A stretch of DNA of 64,000 nucleotides from a virus. The DNA lies in the IMG/VR virus record IMGVR_UViG_3300035532_000075, positions 8,547-72,546 of that record; one strand, written 5' to 3'. Below are positions 9,464 through 18,900 of this stretch, piece after piece. Under the pieces are notes generated by a model. It worked only from the letters and a program-made list of their open reading frames with translations. It ran no database searches and was not told where the DNA came from. The position numbers and the translations under genes were made by a program. Numbering within the stretch: the stretch's first letter is position 1; each line of letters begins with the position of its first letter.

Positions 9464-9880
9464 ATAACCTTCTTTTTCAAACTGTTCTCTAACATATTCT
9501 AAAGTTAATTTAGAATTTCCAGCACAATATGGGCACCGCCAACCAGCTTTCCAATTATTCCAAGTTATAGAATGTTCATGACCATTAGGACATTTATAAT
9601 CTAATTTGGTATAGTTATTTTTGTATACCTTACTCAATAAAACATAACCTTCAGAAACAAATGAGTGCTTAACTAAAGAAAAGGTTGGTTTTACTTTTCC
9701 TACACAGTAAAAACAACGTTGCCCCTGTTTCCAATTATCCCAACATATACTATGTCTATGACCTTTTGGGCAAATATAATTCAACTTTTGTTTACTATTT
9801 CTATATTCTTTTGAAAGTAAAATATAACCCTCACTCTCAAAAGAAGATTTTACAAATTCATAAGTTAATTTTTTAGCCAA
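9464..9880 (-). pseudogene. 5' part of the interrupted zinc-ribbon-repeat HNH endonuclease gene
   Basis: Two repeats of LT..FVK..F..EGY.LLSK.Y.N...KL.Y.CP.GH...W..W..G.RC..C and the start of a third. The track ORF 9407..9880 runs on into IS left-end sequence after EGY. Confidence 0.85.
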
Positions 9881-9895
9881 GATATCTCCTATAAA

Positions 9896-10390
9896 TTAAG
9901 TAAAAAAATAATGTTTGCCTGTTGATAAATAATATGGACATCCAGGATAAGTGCATTCATAACCCCACTTGCTCCCTCTAGATGCAGTTTTCATATAATA
10001 TGTGACTCCTCCAACAGAATGGTCTACTTTAGTAGGTAAAGCTTCCCCCTCCTCAAGCTTGAGTAAACGAGTAGTTTTAAAATCTGAACTTTGAGTAGAA
10101 TATGGACAAGGTGCATAAATATGTCCAACTTTATCTAAATGTTTTTTATCAGCAGGTAAATTACCATAATCTTTAGTGCCTATCTTATGTTTCCATATTA
10201 GCCATTTATCAAAAGGTACTACTTTATTTTCAGCTACCCAACCGTTATATGCTGCAATTTCTGTATTCATAAGATCAATACAATCTTGAGCATTTGATTG
10301 GATGGGCCCTGCTACTGCTCTTACCTCTCGCCAAATTTCCTCAAAAGTAGTTCCAGAAACAGTTATGCAATAATCTATACATCTACTCAT
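9896..10390 (-). CDS. Hypothetical protein with Cys/His motifs
   Basis: 164-aa ORF with CTYPGCPYY near the C-terminus. No family recognised. Confidence 0.5.
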   Translation of the reverse strand: MSRCIDYCITVSGTTFEEIWREVRAVAGPIQSNAQDCIDLMNTEIAAYNGWVAENKVVPFDKWLIWKHKIGTKDYGNLPADKKHLDKVGHIYAPCPYSTQSSDFKTTRLLKLEEGEALPTKVDHSVGGVTYYMKTASRGSKWGYECTYPGCPYYLSTGKHYFFT

Positions 10391-10817
10391 TATTAAACCT
10401 ATATCTCAAATGGTCTTCTTTTATTAAAATAGTTTTATAAACTAAAGAGTATTTATGAACACTAAACTCGTGATCACTTGTGTCTATAACAAAATAATCA
10501 GTAGGCTTTAATTTAGGTACAATATTTAACTCTTCAGTATGCGTCAAATAACATTTGTTAAGATATACTCTATTTTCAACATCTTTATATGTTACGCCTG
10601 ACCATTCAAATTTTATTACATAAACACCTTTAACTAATGTTAAATATTGTGAATAAAGATCCAACATCATATGATCTTTATCATTTATCTTCTGCGCTAT
10701 TTGCAAAGCTGGACCTGTAAAATAAGCACCAATTAACTCACAACGACCTTCTTGATTATAGACAGTACCAGCCCAATGAATTTCCAATTTAAATTTCTCT
10801 GATATTAAATAATTCAT
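10383..10817 (-). CDS. Hypothetical protein
   Basis: 144-aa ORF overlapping the downstream gene by 8 nt, with a GGA-type SD upstream. Confidence 0.5.
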   Translation of the reverse strand: MNYLISEKFKLEIHWAGTVYNQEGRCELIGAYFTGPALQIAQKINDKDHMMLDLYSQYLTLVKGVYVIKFEWSGVTYKDVENRVYLNKCYLTHTEELNIVPKLKPTDYFVIDTSDHEFSVHKYSLVYKTILIKEDHLRYRFNNE

Positions 10818-10827
10818 AAAATATTCC

Positions 10828-11502
10828 TTAAATATATATAGGGGTTAATGGAATTGAAGCGCTGCCTTCACCATAGTCTGCAACTTCAGAAGAGCCCCCG
10901 CCTACTCTATTGACTATACCATACACAGTGGTAGTTGCTGTACCTGTACTACCAGCTGATACATTGCCAGATTGTGACTCTGCAAATGTACTATCAAACA
11001 CAATACCTGTCTTCGTAGGAGACGATGCGTTTGTAGACTGCCCTTGAGTAATACCTCTGGATACAAAAGTTGGCTCTACTCCCCTGGTTGCGGCTGCGCC
11101 AGTTAAAATACTAGTAGCACCTATATATTTAATAAGTGACCACGTCTCTTGTGCTGGTACATCTTTAGATGCTTTAGAATAACTATAACTATTAACCTGC
11201 CAATCATCACCACTAACACCCTCAGAACCTACACAAGATCCAGCCTCTATAGTAAGGGATTCTGCACCTAAAGTAGTACAATCCTCAGAAGGAGTTGTAT
11301 CATAAGTAGGCCCTGGAGCATACAGAGTGAGACTCGCTGTTAATTGTGGTTTATATACTAAATGAACTAAACTAGGAGCCCAAGAACCTAAACAAAAAGC
11401 ATCTTGTCGGCCAGGGTCTGCGCCCCAACTTGCAGATATAAAACAATAATTACCCTTAAATTCTACATCAGTATTAGCACCTATTACTACAACTGTTGAC
11501 AT
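10828..11502 (-). CDS. Putative tail-tip structural protein
   Basis: 224 aa, S/T/G-rich and beta-rich, AGGAG SD, position downstream of the TMP. Confidence 0.45.
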   Translation of the reverse strand: MSTVVVIGANTDVEFKGNYCFISASWGADPGRQDAFCLGSWAPSLVHLVYKPQLTASLTLYAPGPTYDTTPSEDCTTLGAESLTIEAGSCVGSEGVSGDDWQVNSYSYSKASKDVPAQETWSLIKYIGATSILTGAAATRGVEPTFVSRGITQGQSTNASSPTKTGIVFDSTFAESQSGNVSAGSTGTATTTVYGIVNRVGGGSSEVADYGEGSASIPLTPIYI

Positions 11503-11525
11503 AATAATCTCCTTTAATATTTCTA

Positions 11526-11542
11526 TATAATTAGTAAGGTTA
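11526..11542 (-). promoter_or_regulatory. Candidate phage promoter motif TAACCT-N5-ATTATA (copy 1 of 3)
   Basis: Exact motif in the intergenic gap, 24 nt upstream of the 11502 start. Same spacing at 51971-51987 and 63097-63113. Confidence 0.45.
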
Positions 11543-11547
11543 CTTAA

Positions 11548-11775
11548 TTATTTAGGTTGGGTACCCTTACATTTTAGGTAATCTGTATAAGTACATTCAT
11601 ACCTAAACGAACATGCTTTACAAAATCTACGTTTAAAAACCTCTAACCGCGCTTGAATCTGTCTATCATTTAAACTACGAATATCCATACCACCTGTTAA
11701 ATCATAATCTTCTGGCTTCAAAGCCCTACTGTTAGGAGGCGTTCTCCTACGCTTAGAACAAGCACCGCATGCCAT
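11548..11775 (-). CDS. Small Cys-rich protein
   Basis: 75 aa with MACGAC...CKAC...C...C and an AGGAGG SD. Confidence 0.55.
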   Translation of the reverse strand: MACGACSKRRRTPPNSRALKPEDYDLTGGMDIRSLNDRQIQARLEVFKRRFCKACSFRYECTYTDYLKCKGTQPK

Positions 11776-11792
11776 TATGTATTCCTCCTTAT

Positions 11793-12035
11793 CTATGAAG
11801 TTGCTACTAAAGTAACACTAGTTGTATACCAACCACCATTATCAGAGTGCTCTGATTTAGGAATTATCTGTGTATTATAATTCATAATTACACCATTAAA
11901 AGATATTCCGCCTGCAGAAAAAGAAGAAGTTATATTAGGATTTGGTGAGTCACTTATTATGGTATAATTAATAGTAGCTATACCCATAATATTATACGAT
12001 ATGCTTTCTGCAGAACAATCAAAATATTGATCCAT
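11793..12035 (-). CDS. Small hypothetical tail-tip region protein
   Basis: 80-aa ORF tightly packed in the operon. Confidence 0.45.
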   Translation of the reverse strand: MDQYFDCSAESISYNIMGIATINYTIISDSPNPNITSSFSAGGISFNGVIMNYNTQIIPKSEHSDNGGWYTTSVTLVATS

Positions 12036-12039
12036 AAGT

Positions 12040-12312
12040 TTATTCCTTTTCTTCTATATAATTAGGACCCTGAGCCTCAGAAGCTCTATAAATTTTTTCT
12101 CCTGATGTAACAATACGTGTATAATTGGCCGAAACAAAACTACCTCCCTGACCCCTAAACTCACTAGAAGTTAGTACTGTTTTAGCACAAGTATCAGTTA
12201 ATAAATCCTGACCCTCTGCCATAAAAGAATGTAGAACAAAATAACCCGAATTTGATGTAGGCATAGGACTTCCAGCCCGTAATCTATATGAATAACCCTC
12301 ATAAGATGCCAT
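12040..12312 (-). CDS. Small hypothetical tail-tip region protein
   Basis: 90-aa ORF with AGGAGG SD. Confidence 0.5.
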   Translation of the reverse strand: MASYEGYSYRLRAGSPMPTSNSGYFVLHSFMAEGQDLLTDTCAKTVLTSSEFRGQGGSFVSANYTRIVTSGEKIYRASEAQGPNYIEEKE

Positions 12313-12330
12313 TATAAAATCCTCCTTGTA

Positions 12331-12924
12331 TTAAGCATTATATGCAAATGTATACGAAGCAATAGGTATAGAACCAGGCACCAATTCAATATTAAATGTT
12401 TGTAAATAGTAACTACCGGTACCAACACCCATATTACCCATAATGCAGCCACTCTCACTACTAGTGCTAAAACTTATAGGTCCTTTACTATAACTCATAC
12501 CTAAACCTTCTGTCTGCTCATTTATAGAAAAAAGCGTAGATGGACCAGATTGAGAAGACGCTGACACCGTTACTGTTTTGCTTGAAGATTCCTCACCCAA
12601 ACTAACATAACTTGAGGCAGGGTCTTGCATAAAAGACCTACCTGGGCCCATATAAATAAAAAGAGTAGTGTCTTCTTCGCATAAATATTTTCTCATCCAA
12701 AGGACTTGCACACCGGCCCTAGCTGGACAACCCGTATAAATATTTGTATCTACATAACCTGAAATATTTAATGTACCAATCCTTGGCCCTTCTGACATAG
12801 TGCCGCAACTATTATCAACAAACTCTGTATTTATAGTATTATTCACCGAAACAATACAACCAGGGATACTAAAATCAGTATCACTAAAAAAATTACCTAC
12901 TAAATGACAACAATCTAACCCCAT
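12331..12924 (-). CDS. Putative tail-tip structural protein
   Basis: 197 aa, S/G/T-rich with several Cys. Stop/start overlap with the upstream gene. Confidence 0.45.
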   Translation of the reverse strand: MGLDCCHLVGNFFSDTDFSIPGCIVSVNNTINTEFVDNSCGTMSEGPRIGTLNISGYVDTNIYTGCPARAGVQVLWMRKYLCEEDTTLFIYMGPGRSFMQDPASSYVSLGEESSSKTVTVSASSQSGPSTLFSINEQTEGLGMSYSKGPISFSTSSESGCIMGNMGVGTGSYYLQTFNIELVPGSIPIASYTFAYNA

Positions 12925-13313
12925 TATAAATCACCACCATCATAACTAAAATAAGTACCGTACGCAGGACCACCTTGATTTATAGACGAATGATCATGTA
13001 CCTGCATTGGTTGGGATATAACACGTACGCGTTCGCCAGTATAGGCATAAAACCATATAGTATTAGCTGTATTAAGTAAATGAGTATATTTTATAGCAAC
13101 CTCATTAGGAAACTCATCCTCGCCCCCTAAAGTACCGACAGTTTCTGATTCTAAACAAAAACCCCTCTTTAATTCCCTTTCCTGACCATTAGATAATTTA
13201 ACAAGACCTGTTTTAGGGGTAAATCCCCCATCATTAGCCAAAGTTGTTGGAATCTTTAATTTATAAGATACGCCCATCTGAAAATTAATAGACAGATTTA
13301 TTATATCAGACAT
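12924..13313 (-). CDS. Putative tail-tip protein with C-terminal HxH motif
   Basis: 129 aa ending VHDHSSINQGGPAYGTYF. Position two genes after the 680-aa tail-tip gene. Confidence 0.4.
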   Translation of the reverse strand: MSDIINLSINFQMGVSYKLKIPTTLANDGGFTPKTGLVKLSNGQERELKRGFCLESETVGTLGGEDEFPNEVAIKYTHLLNTANTIWFYAYTGERVRVISQPMQVHDHSSINQGGPAYGTYFSYDGGDL

Positions 13314-13897
13314 TAACCAGTTACCTCCCCATCTTCAGATATAGTCTCAACTTCTATAAAACAACTTAATTGCGCCGGACTACTATATGTATTTTGAGCT
13401 ACTACAGGCACTGGAGCTTTTGTTTTTTCTTGATTCTTCATACTATCAGCTGATGTAGTTTTTAACACATCGTGTTCATAATCAAATTTTCCATCACGTA
13501 AACCCTCACGCTCAACACTATTAATAGTTACCCAAGAACTTTTTGATGCGCGACATCTTCGTGTATATTTCTTACCTTCTAATTTAGATAAAACATCTGT
13601 ACCACTTATATTAAGTATAACATAACCTGGGTCATCCCAACATGGAGAAATTGTAGATTTTTTAAGTATACCGGAATAAATTTCTTTCATGGTACCATTA
13701 CCACCGGCACTTATATTCACAATACCTCCAACATTACTTCCTGAAATTTGATCATACTCCACCTTTAAAGAAGCATCAAAGGTAGATAATTGGCCCCTAG
13801 ATTTTCGCACATTAAAAGATTGAATAAATGGAGTTTCCACTATAAGAGAGTTACCAATATTAATTTTTGCGCGTATTTTAATTAAATCAATTGTCAT
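13313..13897 (-). CDS. Putative tail hub-like protein
   Basis: IQSFNVRKSRGQLSTFDASL...IYSGILKK...LNISGTDVLSKL resembles the beta-strand pattern of hub (gpD/gp27-like) N-terminal domains. Recognised by eye only. Confidence 0.4.
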   Translation of the reverse strand: MTIDLIKIRAKINIGNSLIVETPFIQSFNVRKSRGQLSTFDASLKVEYDQISGSNVGGIVNISAGGNGTMKEIYSGILKKSTISPCWDDPGYVILNISGTDVLSKLEGKKYTRRCRASKSSWVTINSVEREGLRDGKFDYEHDVLKTTSADSMKNQEKTKAPVPVVAQNTYSSPAQLSCFIEVETISEDGEVTG

Positions 13898-13900
13898 ATT

Positions 13901-15943
13901 TTATACCTCCACTGGGTTGTTGTACACGGAGCAACTTACCACATCACCTTTTCTTATTATATTATGACAAGTATTAATGGCTATACGTTCACCAAATCCA
14001 TCAATACGTACTTTAAAATGTATACCATTACCTAAATTCTGTATAACTGTTCCACGGGCAGTAACCGACTCTGTAGCTTTAATAGCAGGCCCACCAGGCC
14101 CGCCAGCAGCCAGTGATTTTACTATCCTAGGACCCTCATTAACAGATATAGTATACGATCCCTGATCTGTATAAGAATAAGTTATATTATTAATAACACC
14201 ACCTGCCGGGCCCTTTTCTCCTAATTCAACTTCGGTATTGGGGCCACACACATAATTGGTCTCTATACCTGTACCATGATTCATAAATTCAAATAAATTT
14301 TTAGATAAATTTTGAAGTTTAGTATCATCTTCCGATGGATTATTTAAAAAAGATAGAGTAAGTTCTAATCCTCCACCACCATCCATTTGATCCATCACCA
14401 ACTCTAAAGGTGTTGCTTCAAAATCTTGTTGGGTTGTAGGGTCGTTATCTTGAATTCCATCAATTTGACTAATAATATCACCATTAAAAGCTATAGTTGC
14501 TGGAGGTTCATACAAAACTAATGGTCGTATTAAATATTCAAAATCATTAGCTATATCTACAGCCTTTGAGGGCTCACCAGTAGTATTATATTCTGGATCA
14601 TAGATATTGATAGAGGGGGTGTCTATATCGATCATGGCTATTACTTGCTCCACTATATACCCCCTATTATTAGCAGCTGGAAAAATAGTAGCAAAACCTT
14701 CCTCACCTTGGCGATTAGCACCAGATTTCCCACCTTGTCCAATTACATAAGGCGTCTTAGCCCCATAAGCCATAGGATCATTTTCTCTAGTATTTTTAGC
14801 AAATAATATATATGGTTCTATATATTCTCCAGACTTATCATAAATAATGACATAATCACTACCAACATCTAATTTAAATACATGTTTAGAACTACTATCT
14901 ATTTCTATTACAGCCGTATAATCATCTGGATTAGGTGGAATATTCAGCGCTCCAGCATCATTATTATATGGCGCAGATTTACATAAAGATAAAGGGGTTC
15001 CTATTATAAAAACATCTACAACTCTCTGAAATTTATCCACTTTCGTATTTCTAATATCCTCATATCTTAAAGATTCTGGGATTGGAATAGGTATACCATT
15101 AGATATAGACAAACTTTGCTCTGCATTCGTCCAACAATCCTCATCACCAAACGCTTGTTGTGATGCTGCATTTATATCGGGCCGTTCTTGTAGATTCCCT
15201 ATATAAGGTCCGCCATCACCGTCACTTGAACACACAATAATTGCCACATTAGCCACATTATTATAACTAATACGAGTATCTTTAGTGTAACCAGGAGCAT
15301 GTTGGTAAGTAGCATAACCCATAATTTTTTCAAAAGGGTCTTCTAATTCATAAAGATTGTTTATTCCATCTTTATAAGAAGTTTTATTTAAATTAGGATC
15401 ATCAAAAACTATACTTGCATGTGTACTAAAAGCAGGGTTTGAGCAATTACTTAAAAATAAACTATTATCATACACATGCTTACCACTAATCCCCCAAATC
15501 GGTGCCCATTCAGTATCGACCCAAGTTGGTTGAGGTTTCCCTCCACGAATTATTACACCTTTACACTCTTCAATATAAGAAGAAGTTTGTACCTGATAAT
15601 ATATATCATTAAGTGACGCATAATTACCACCAACTTCAATAAATTTAGCCCCACCATCTACATCAGCTATTACTTCATACATGGTCCCTTCAAAAAAAGA
15701 CCCTGACTCAGCTAACCCCTCTAACAAAGATAAATTAATCACTGATAAAGCATCCATATTTTTTATATCTAAACCATATAAATTTCCACCATAAGAACCA
15801 TAGGATGATACTTCTATACCAAAAGTATTCAATACATCTACAGCCAAACTTCCAGTTGGGCCTGGGCAATCTATATCTACATATATAGAACTATTACCAT
15901 AAGCTTCCCAAAAATCAGCAATAGAATCTGGTAGACTATACAT
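13901..15943 (-). CDS. Large tail-tip / baseplate hub-associated protein
   Basis: 680 aa, acidic, immediately downstream of the TMP. C-terminal RGTVIQNLGNGIHFKVRIDG...KGDVVSC looks like an OB-fold. Confidence 0.5.
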   Translation of the reverse strand: MYSLPDSIADFWEAYGNSSIYVDIDCPGPTGSLAVDVLNTFGIEVSSYGSYGGNLYGLDIKNMDALSVINLSLLEGLAESGSFFEGTMYEVIADVDGGAKFIEVGGNYASLNDIYYQVQTSSYIEECKGVIIRGGKPQPTWVDTEWAPIWGISGKHVYDNSLFLSNCSNPAFSTHASIVFDDPNLNKTSYKDGINNLYELEDPFEKIMGYATYQHAPGYTKDTRISYNNVANVAIIVCSSDGDGGPYIGNLQERPDINAASQQAFGDEDCWTNAEQSLSISNGIPIPIPESLRYEDIRNTKVDKFQRVVDVFIIGTPLSLCKSAPYNNDAGALNIPPNPDDYTAVIEIDSSSKHVFKLDVGSDYVIIYDKSGEYIEPYILFAKNTRENDPMAYGAKTPYVIGQGGKSGANRQGEEGFATIFPAANNRGYIVEQVIAMIDIDTPSINIYDPEYNTTGEPSKAVDIANDFEYLIRPLVLYEPPATIAFNGDIISQIDGIQDNDPTTQQDFEATPLELVMDQMDGGGGLELTLSFLNNPSEDDTKLQNLSKNLFEFMNHGTGIETNYVCGPNTEVELGEKGPAGGVINNITYSYTDQGSYTISVNEGPRIVKSLAAGGPGGPAIKATESVTARGTVIQNLGNGIHFKVRIDGFGERIAINTCHNIIRKGDVVSCSVYNNPVEV

Positions 15944-15959
15944 AAAATTAATTATCCTT

Positions 15960-18900
15960 TTACTTTAAATTTCTAAAATCTAACGCTTGTTTAGCAAGCC
16001 GTGCAGCCTCTAAAGCTGACATGGATACTCTACTAATTTGAGAGGTTACATTATCCGAAAGTGAGCTTACCGACACACCTAAATTAGTAAGATCTTCCTG
16101 TACTCCTGATAATTTAGATGCTAAACGTGCATCTATATCTTTAGATAACTTTGACTCTAAATTAACTTCTAATTCTTTAACTTCAGTTTCTATTTTAGTA
16201 GTAGTATTTATTAATCTCTTATCCATAGCGTCTATAGTAGCCGCCAATAAATCAACCCTTTCTGCGCCAACGCCTTGACCAGATGCAACACTTGAAGGTA
16301 TATCTACCTTAACAGAAGAGCTTTTAATAGCTTTGGTTATAGCTGCCCCTAAACTAATAGCAGCCTCATTAACATCAATAGCAACTTCAGCTTTTACAGT
16401 GTTAGAAGATAATTCTAATTTTTTGTCTTCAACCTTCAAAACTATACTTTCCAAAGACCCAGTATCTAATTTGACAGGCTTATCTTCAACTTTAAGGGTG
16501 ACATCTTTTAAAGACCCAGTATCTAATTTGACAGGCTTATCTTCAACTTTAAGGGTGACATCTTTTAAAGACCCAGTATCTAATTTGACAGGCTTATCTT
16601 CAACTTTAAGGGTGACATCTTTTAAAGAACTATTATCCACCTGTACAAGTTTATCCTCTAATCTTAGCTCAATCTTACTTAATTCGCTTAAAAGTTCTCT
16701 TGAATCTATATTAACTGCAGGTAATTCTACTGATTTAGTGTCAACTTTAACAGGGGTTTTATCCACCTTAAGTACCACTGATCTTAATTCAGAAATAGCC
16801 TCACTAACATCCAACTCTATTTTTGGTACATTTAAAGATAAATTAGCAGAAGTATTTGTAAAATTAGTTGGTGGTGTTGCAGTGGATATATTACTCAAAG
16901 TACCACCATCAGCAAAAGCTGGAATGCTACCTTTTTTATTCATATAAGCTAAATTAGCATAACCTAATTTCTGGGCAGAATCTGTTTTAATTACATACTC
17001 GCCTCTACTTAAAAGAGCTGGATATTTATCATCTCCACGACTTCCAGCACCTGGCACATGACCACTTAACTCAGAATCACCTCCAGTACTATAACCCTGC
17101 AGCCAATTTTCAAAACCAAGAACATTTTCCCAATCTGATTTTTTTTGACCTTTATAAGCATCTTTAATCATCCTATTGATAATATCTTCAGATGAAGTAC
17201 CAGTACCAAAATAATTAAGGTCGATATCTTTTACAGTACCATACTCTTTTAATTTACCAAAAGCCCCACTATTACCAGTAGTATAGCGCTTGCTCACCGA
17301 ACCAGCATGGTTTTGTTTATCGAACCAACTTTTAGAAAGCATTTCTACTTCAACTGGCGCTTTAGTAACGGAACCTGCAGAAAGTGGCTTACGTTTATAC
17401 ATATCAAGATAAGCTTTATTACCGGCTTTTTCTATTAATTTTAAAAGGGAACTCTTTTCTGTAACTTGCTCATAAGCACTAACAACCTCACCACTATGTA
17501 ATTTGAACCCTATGGTCTCTTTGCCATCTTCACTTTTTATAGGTTCTACACCCTCAACACCAGCCAAACTTTTTCTCACTAAACGATTTGGAACTCTTTT
17601 AGTAGTTTCTTCCATAAGCCGTGGATCAGTAAACGGATTCCCACCTTCACGCATAACTTCATCAAACTTGCTATATGCCGACATAGCTTTGGATTGAAAA
17701 TCCAATTGTTTAATGTATTTTAATCTATCTTTAGGGTCTAAATTTTCATCATGTAATTTTTCAAAAAGATTACCAATACGTTGATTAATAAATTTAGCAT
17801 CTTTGTAGTATTTTAAAGCTACAGGATCAACTGTACCATGTTTGGGTACTTGACGCTTAAAATCCATACCAAATTCTTCTTGCGGTATTAAATCTTTGTA
17901 AGTTTTAGCCCACACGTTAGAATGATGAATGGCTTTTTTAGATGGTTTTATATTAGTAGGACGATAAGCTTTATTAGCATATCTATAAGAACTTTGCTCT
18001 ATTACGCCAGCAGATACGTCTCTACCACCAACATTAGTAGTAAACTTATGTACACCACGATAAGGATCGAAAGCATAATCACCATACTTCATACTTTCTT
18101 CAATACCAACCATAGAACCTTTATCTTTGATATGTTTGGCCAGATCTTTTTCCAAACCACGTCTGGTAGATAATATTTGTTCTGTATTATTTTTAAAAGC
18201 AGCGTCACTCAACATGGCCTTCAACAAACGGTCTTCAGCCTTAGATTTAGCATCAACCATAACATTGTACTGTGCTACTGCTGCAGTATTATAACCCCAT
18301 TTATTAGGTAAATGACCCTCACCACGGCGCATATTATTACCACTACTAATAGAATTATTTAAATAATCAGTAATGTCTTGAGCACTCCAAGATTTTTCAT
18401 AAATCGGATTATTTATAGCTTCATCTATTCCTGAAATAGTACGTGATGGATCATATGATTTACCAGTAGTTTCAACTATTTCAGAAAGAATACCACCACC
18501 AGGCCCAATGTTAGTAAATGATCTTACTTTTTTAGGGTCTACTTCTTCAGCGGCTCTACCTTCCCACTGTTCTTTTTTAAATTGGGCACTCTTTTTATTA
18601 AATTCTTCTAACCAAGAAGAAGTTTTTGAATTACCAGCTCCCCTTACTTTGCTGTGTTCTTCTTCGTAAACAGCTTTAGCCATATCAAGTCTTTTATTAT
18701 CAAGATATCTCTCGGGGTCTAAGACATAACCACCAACTGCACCACCATTAGCAAATTTCATATCTGGAAATAAATCACTTACCATATCATCTCCCCAAGA
18801 TGTGAGACGTGTGCCATACCCGTAAACCTCAGCAACAGCGTCTTCAGGTGACATATCAAACATGGTTTGGTTATCTTTCCTATTTGGATCTGCCATAATC

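Noticed and set aside
9407-9880. 157-aa ORF as a complete gene
   Set aside because: Its last 18 residues derive from the IS left end, and the nuclease domain lies on the other side of the insertion.
16453-16628. Tandem repeat as a CRISPR array
   Set aside because: The units are contiguous with no spacers, are a multiple of three in length and lie in frame within a CDS.
16333-16947. 204-aa plus-strand ORF with repeats, and the many other short plus-strand or alternative-frame ORFs inside 15960..39761
   Set aside because: Antisense shadows of the TMP gene. The apparent repeat is only the reverse reading of the 57-bp tandem repeat, and no recognisable motifs are present.
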